Positions 62,445-64,000 of a DNA stretch of 64,000 nucleotides are shown here, one piece after another. A program made the translations under genes and the position numbers. Source of the DNA: Leucoraja erinacea (taxonomy: Eukaryota); contig NC_073408.1 of assembly GCF_028641065.1 (NCBI RefSeq), positions 3,720,001 through 3,784,000 of the forward strand. The letters run 5' to 3'. The number at the start of each line of letters is the position of its first letter. Position 1 is the first letter of the stretch. The notes below the pieces were generated by a model. It saw nothing but the letters and a program-made list of their open reading frames with translations, did no database searches and was not told where the DNA came from.

Positions 62445-63270
62445 TCCTCCCCATCCTCTCTCCCTCCACCCCACCCCTCAACCTTCCCTCTCCTTCCACC
62501 TCCCCCCCTCTCTCCACCCTTCCCCTCATCCCCTCTCCCACCACCTCCTTCCCTCTCCTTTGATGTCCTCTCCCTTCACCCTCTCCCCTCCTCCACCACC
62601 ACCTCTTCTTCCACCCTCTCCCTTCACCCGACTCCCTCTCCTCCTCCCCTCATCACCTCCCTCCCTCCATTTCTCCCTTCACTTCCTCCCCTTTCTTCAT
62701 GCCCTCCATCGCCCCCTCACCTTCCATTCCCTCATCACCTCCCCCCTCTCTTTCACCCTTTCCCTAGGACGACAGATAGCACCTCTCCCTAAGAGTTCCC
62801 CTCCCGGAAGGTAGCCGGTTCCCCCCTTCTCATACCGTTGTGTCCTTGGGCCCTTCACCCCCACCCCCACATCACGGCGGCAGGCCGCGGGCACACCGAC
62901 GCCCTGTGTCTCCCCAAGGGAGATGCTCCATTTCGTTGTCTCACCTCCTGACCCCCTCATCACATTCCTTTTTTTTTTTTCTCTTTCCTCCTCCCCTCAC
63001 CCATCCTCACCTCCCCCCCTCTCCCTCCATTCTCCCCTTCACCTCCTCCCCCCATCACACCCCCCCCCCTCTCCTCATCCCTCCTCCCCTTTCCTCATCC
63101 CCTCCCCATCATCATCCCCTCCCCTCATCCCCTCCCCTCATCACCTCCCCTCATCACCTCCCCCCCTCTCCCTCCATTCCTCCCTCACCCCCTCCCCTCA
63201 TCACCTCCTCCCCTCATCACCTCCTCCCCATCATCCCCCCCTCTCATCCCCTTCCTCCCTCCCTTCCTCC
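62445..63270. repeat. Long C/T-rich polypyrimidine tracts upstream of CBL
   Basis: CCT/CCCT/CATC repeats with strong strand asymmetry. Confidence 0.9.
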
Positions 63271-63319
63271 CAATGACATCCAGCTTTTGTTCTGCTCCAG
63301 GCAGCCCTGCCAGCGTGAA

Positions 63320-63730
63320 TGATGGCGCCGCGCGCAGGCGCACACTCTCTCTCCCACCCCCCCCCCCCCCCCTTCCCCGGGTTGTCCCTGTGCGGTCCGC
63401 GCGGCGCTGACCCATGACGCGAGTGGTGGTCGGGGCGGGATGACGCGCGCGCAGGGCGGGGCGGGGCGGGGGCGCGCGGCGCAGGGCGGGACGGGGCGGG
63501 CGACGCGCGCGCAGGGCGGGGCGGGGCGGGGCGGGATGACGCGCGCGCGCAGGGCGGGGCGGGGCGGGATGACGGGCGGGGCGGGGCGGGCGGGGATGAC
63601 GCGCGCGCGCAGGGCGGGGCGGGGCGGGATGACGCGCGCGCAGGGCGGGGCGGGGCGGGGATGATGCGCGCGCGCAGGGCGGGCTGCGCTAGCGGAGCTC
63701 GAGCTCGAGCCGAGTCGGCGGCGATTCCGC
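63320..63730 (+). promoter_or_regulatory. CBL CpG-island promoter with tandem TGACGCGCGCGCAGGGCGGGGCGGGGCGG modules
   Basis: Repeated GC boxes and TGACG half-CRE motifs just upstream of CBL exon 1. Confidence 0.8.
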
Positions 63731-63873
63731 TTTAAAACCCCCCTCCATTAAAATAAAGGCGCTTTCCATGAAGTAAACCCGCCGTCTTATCCTCTGGGCC
63801 GTCTCTCCACCTCAGCAGTTGCCACTGATTTATATTTATTTCGTGCCGGTGGGTCGGATCGGGTCGGGTGTCG

Positions 63874-64000
63874 ATGGCGGCGGCGGCAGCAGCAGCAGCA
63901 GCGGCGGCGGCGGCGCGGGGCAGCAACCTGAGGAAGGCGAGCGGCTTCATCGGGCTGGTGAAGGACGCCTTCCAGCCCCAGCACCACCAACAGCAGCAGC
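63874..64000 (+). CDS. CBL: CBL E3 ubiquitin ligase, exon 1 (runs off the window)
   Basis: M-A13-RGSNLRKASGFIGLVKDAFQPQHHQQQQ matches CBL GLIGLMKDAFQPHHH; divergent from CCDC153 as in human. Confidence 0.88.
   Translation, partial: MAAAAAAAAAAAAARGSNLRKASGFIGLVKDAFQPQHHQQQQ

Noticed and set aside
58808-63415. Pro/Ser/Leu-rich ORFs
   Set aside because: Low-complexity CT tracts

Overview
Eukaryotic (vertebrate) genomic DNA. The repeat landscape (HE1-like V-SINEs, CR1/HER1-like LINE tails, foldback repeats) suggests a cartilaginous fish, probably a skate or ray; this is inference. I assembled five intron-containing genes by hand from GT-AG junctions and checked them for frame consistency: (1) the last 11 coding exons of VPS11 (+, 294-11957); (2) complete IFT46 (+, 15877-27494, 12 exons, ~355 aa, including a 54-aa extension before the MADNSS start of the human protein); (3) an unnamed 6-exon two-Ig-domain type I membrane receptor of CD2/SLAM/HEPACAM-like architecture with two ITIM-like tyrosines (+, 35014-40139, 305 aa); (4) CCDC153/DRC12 (-, 54888-45233, 197 aa); (5) the first exon of CBL (+, from 63874). 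The four recognised genes all map to human 11q23.3. The most interesting non-obvious signals are: a dispersed foldback repeat family carrying a minimal hammerhead-ribozyme-like core (CUGAAGA..helix II..GAAAC GUH); the orphan ITIM-type Ig receptor; a perfect RFX X-box superimposed on the first IFT46 splice donor; two minisatellites bracketing the IFT46 promoter that resemble pieces of the foldback element; and a GCG/GCA poly-alanine at the CBL N-terminus. Most ORFs in the supplied track are repeat-derived and spurious. There is one assembly gap at 48107-48336. Protein identities come from my recall of the human sequences, not from database searches.
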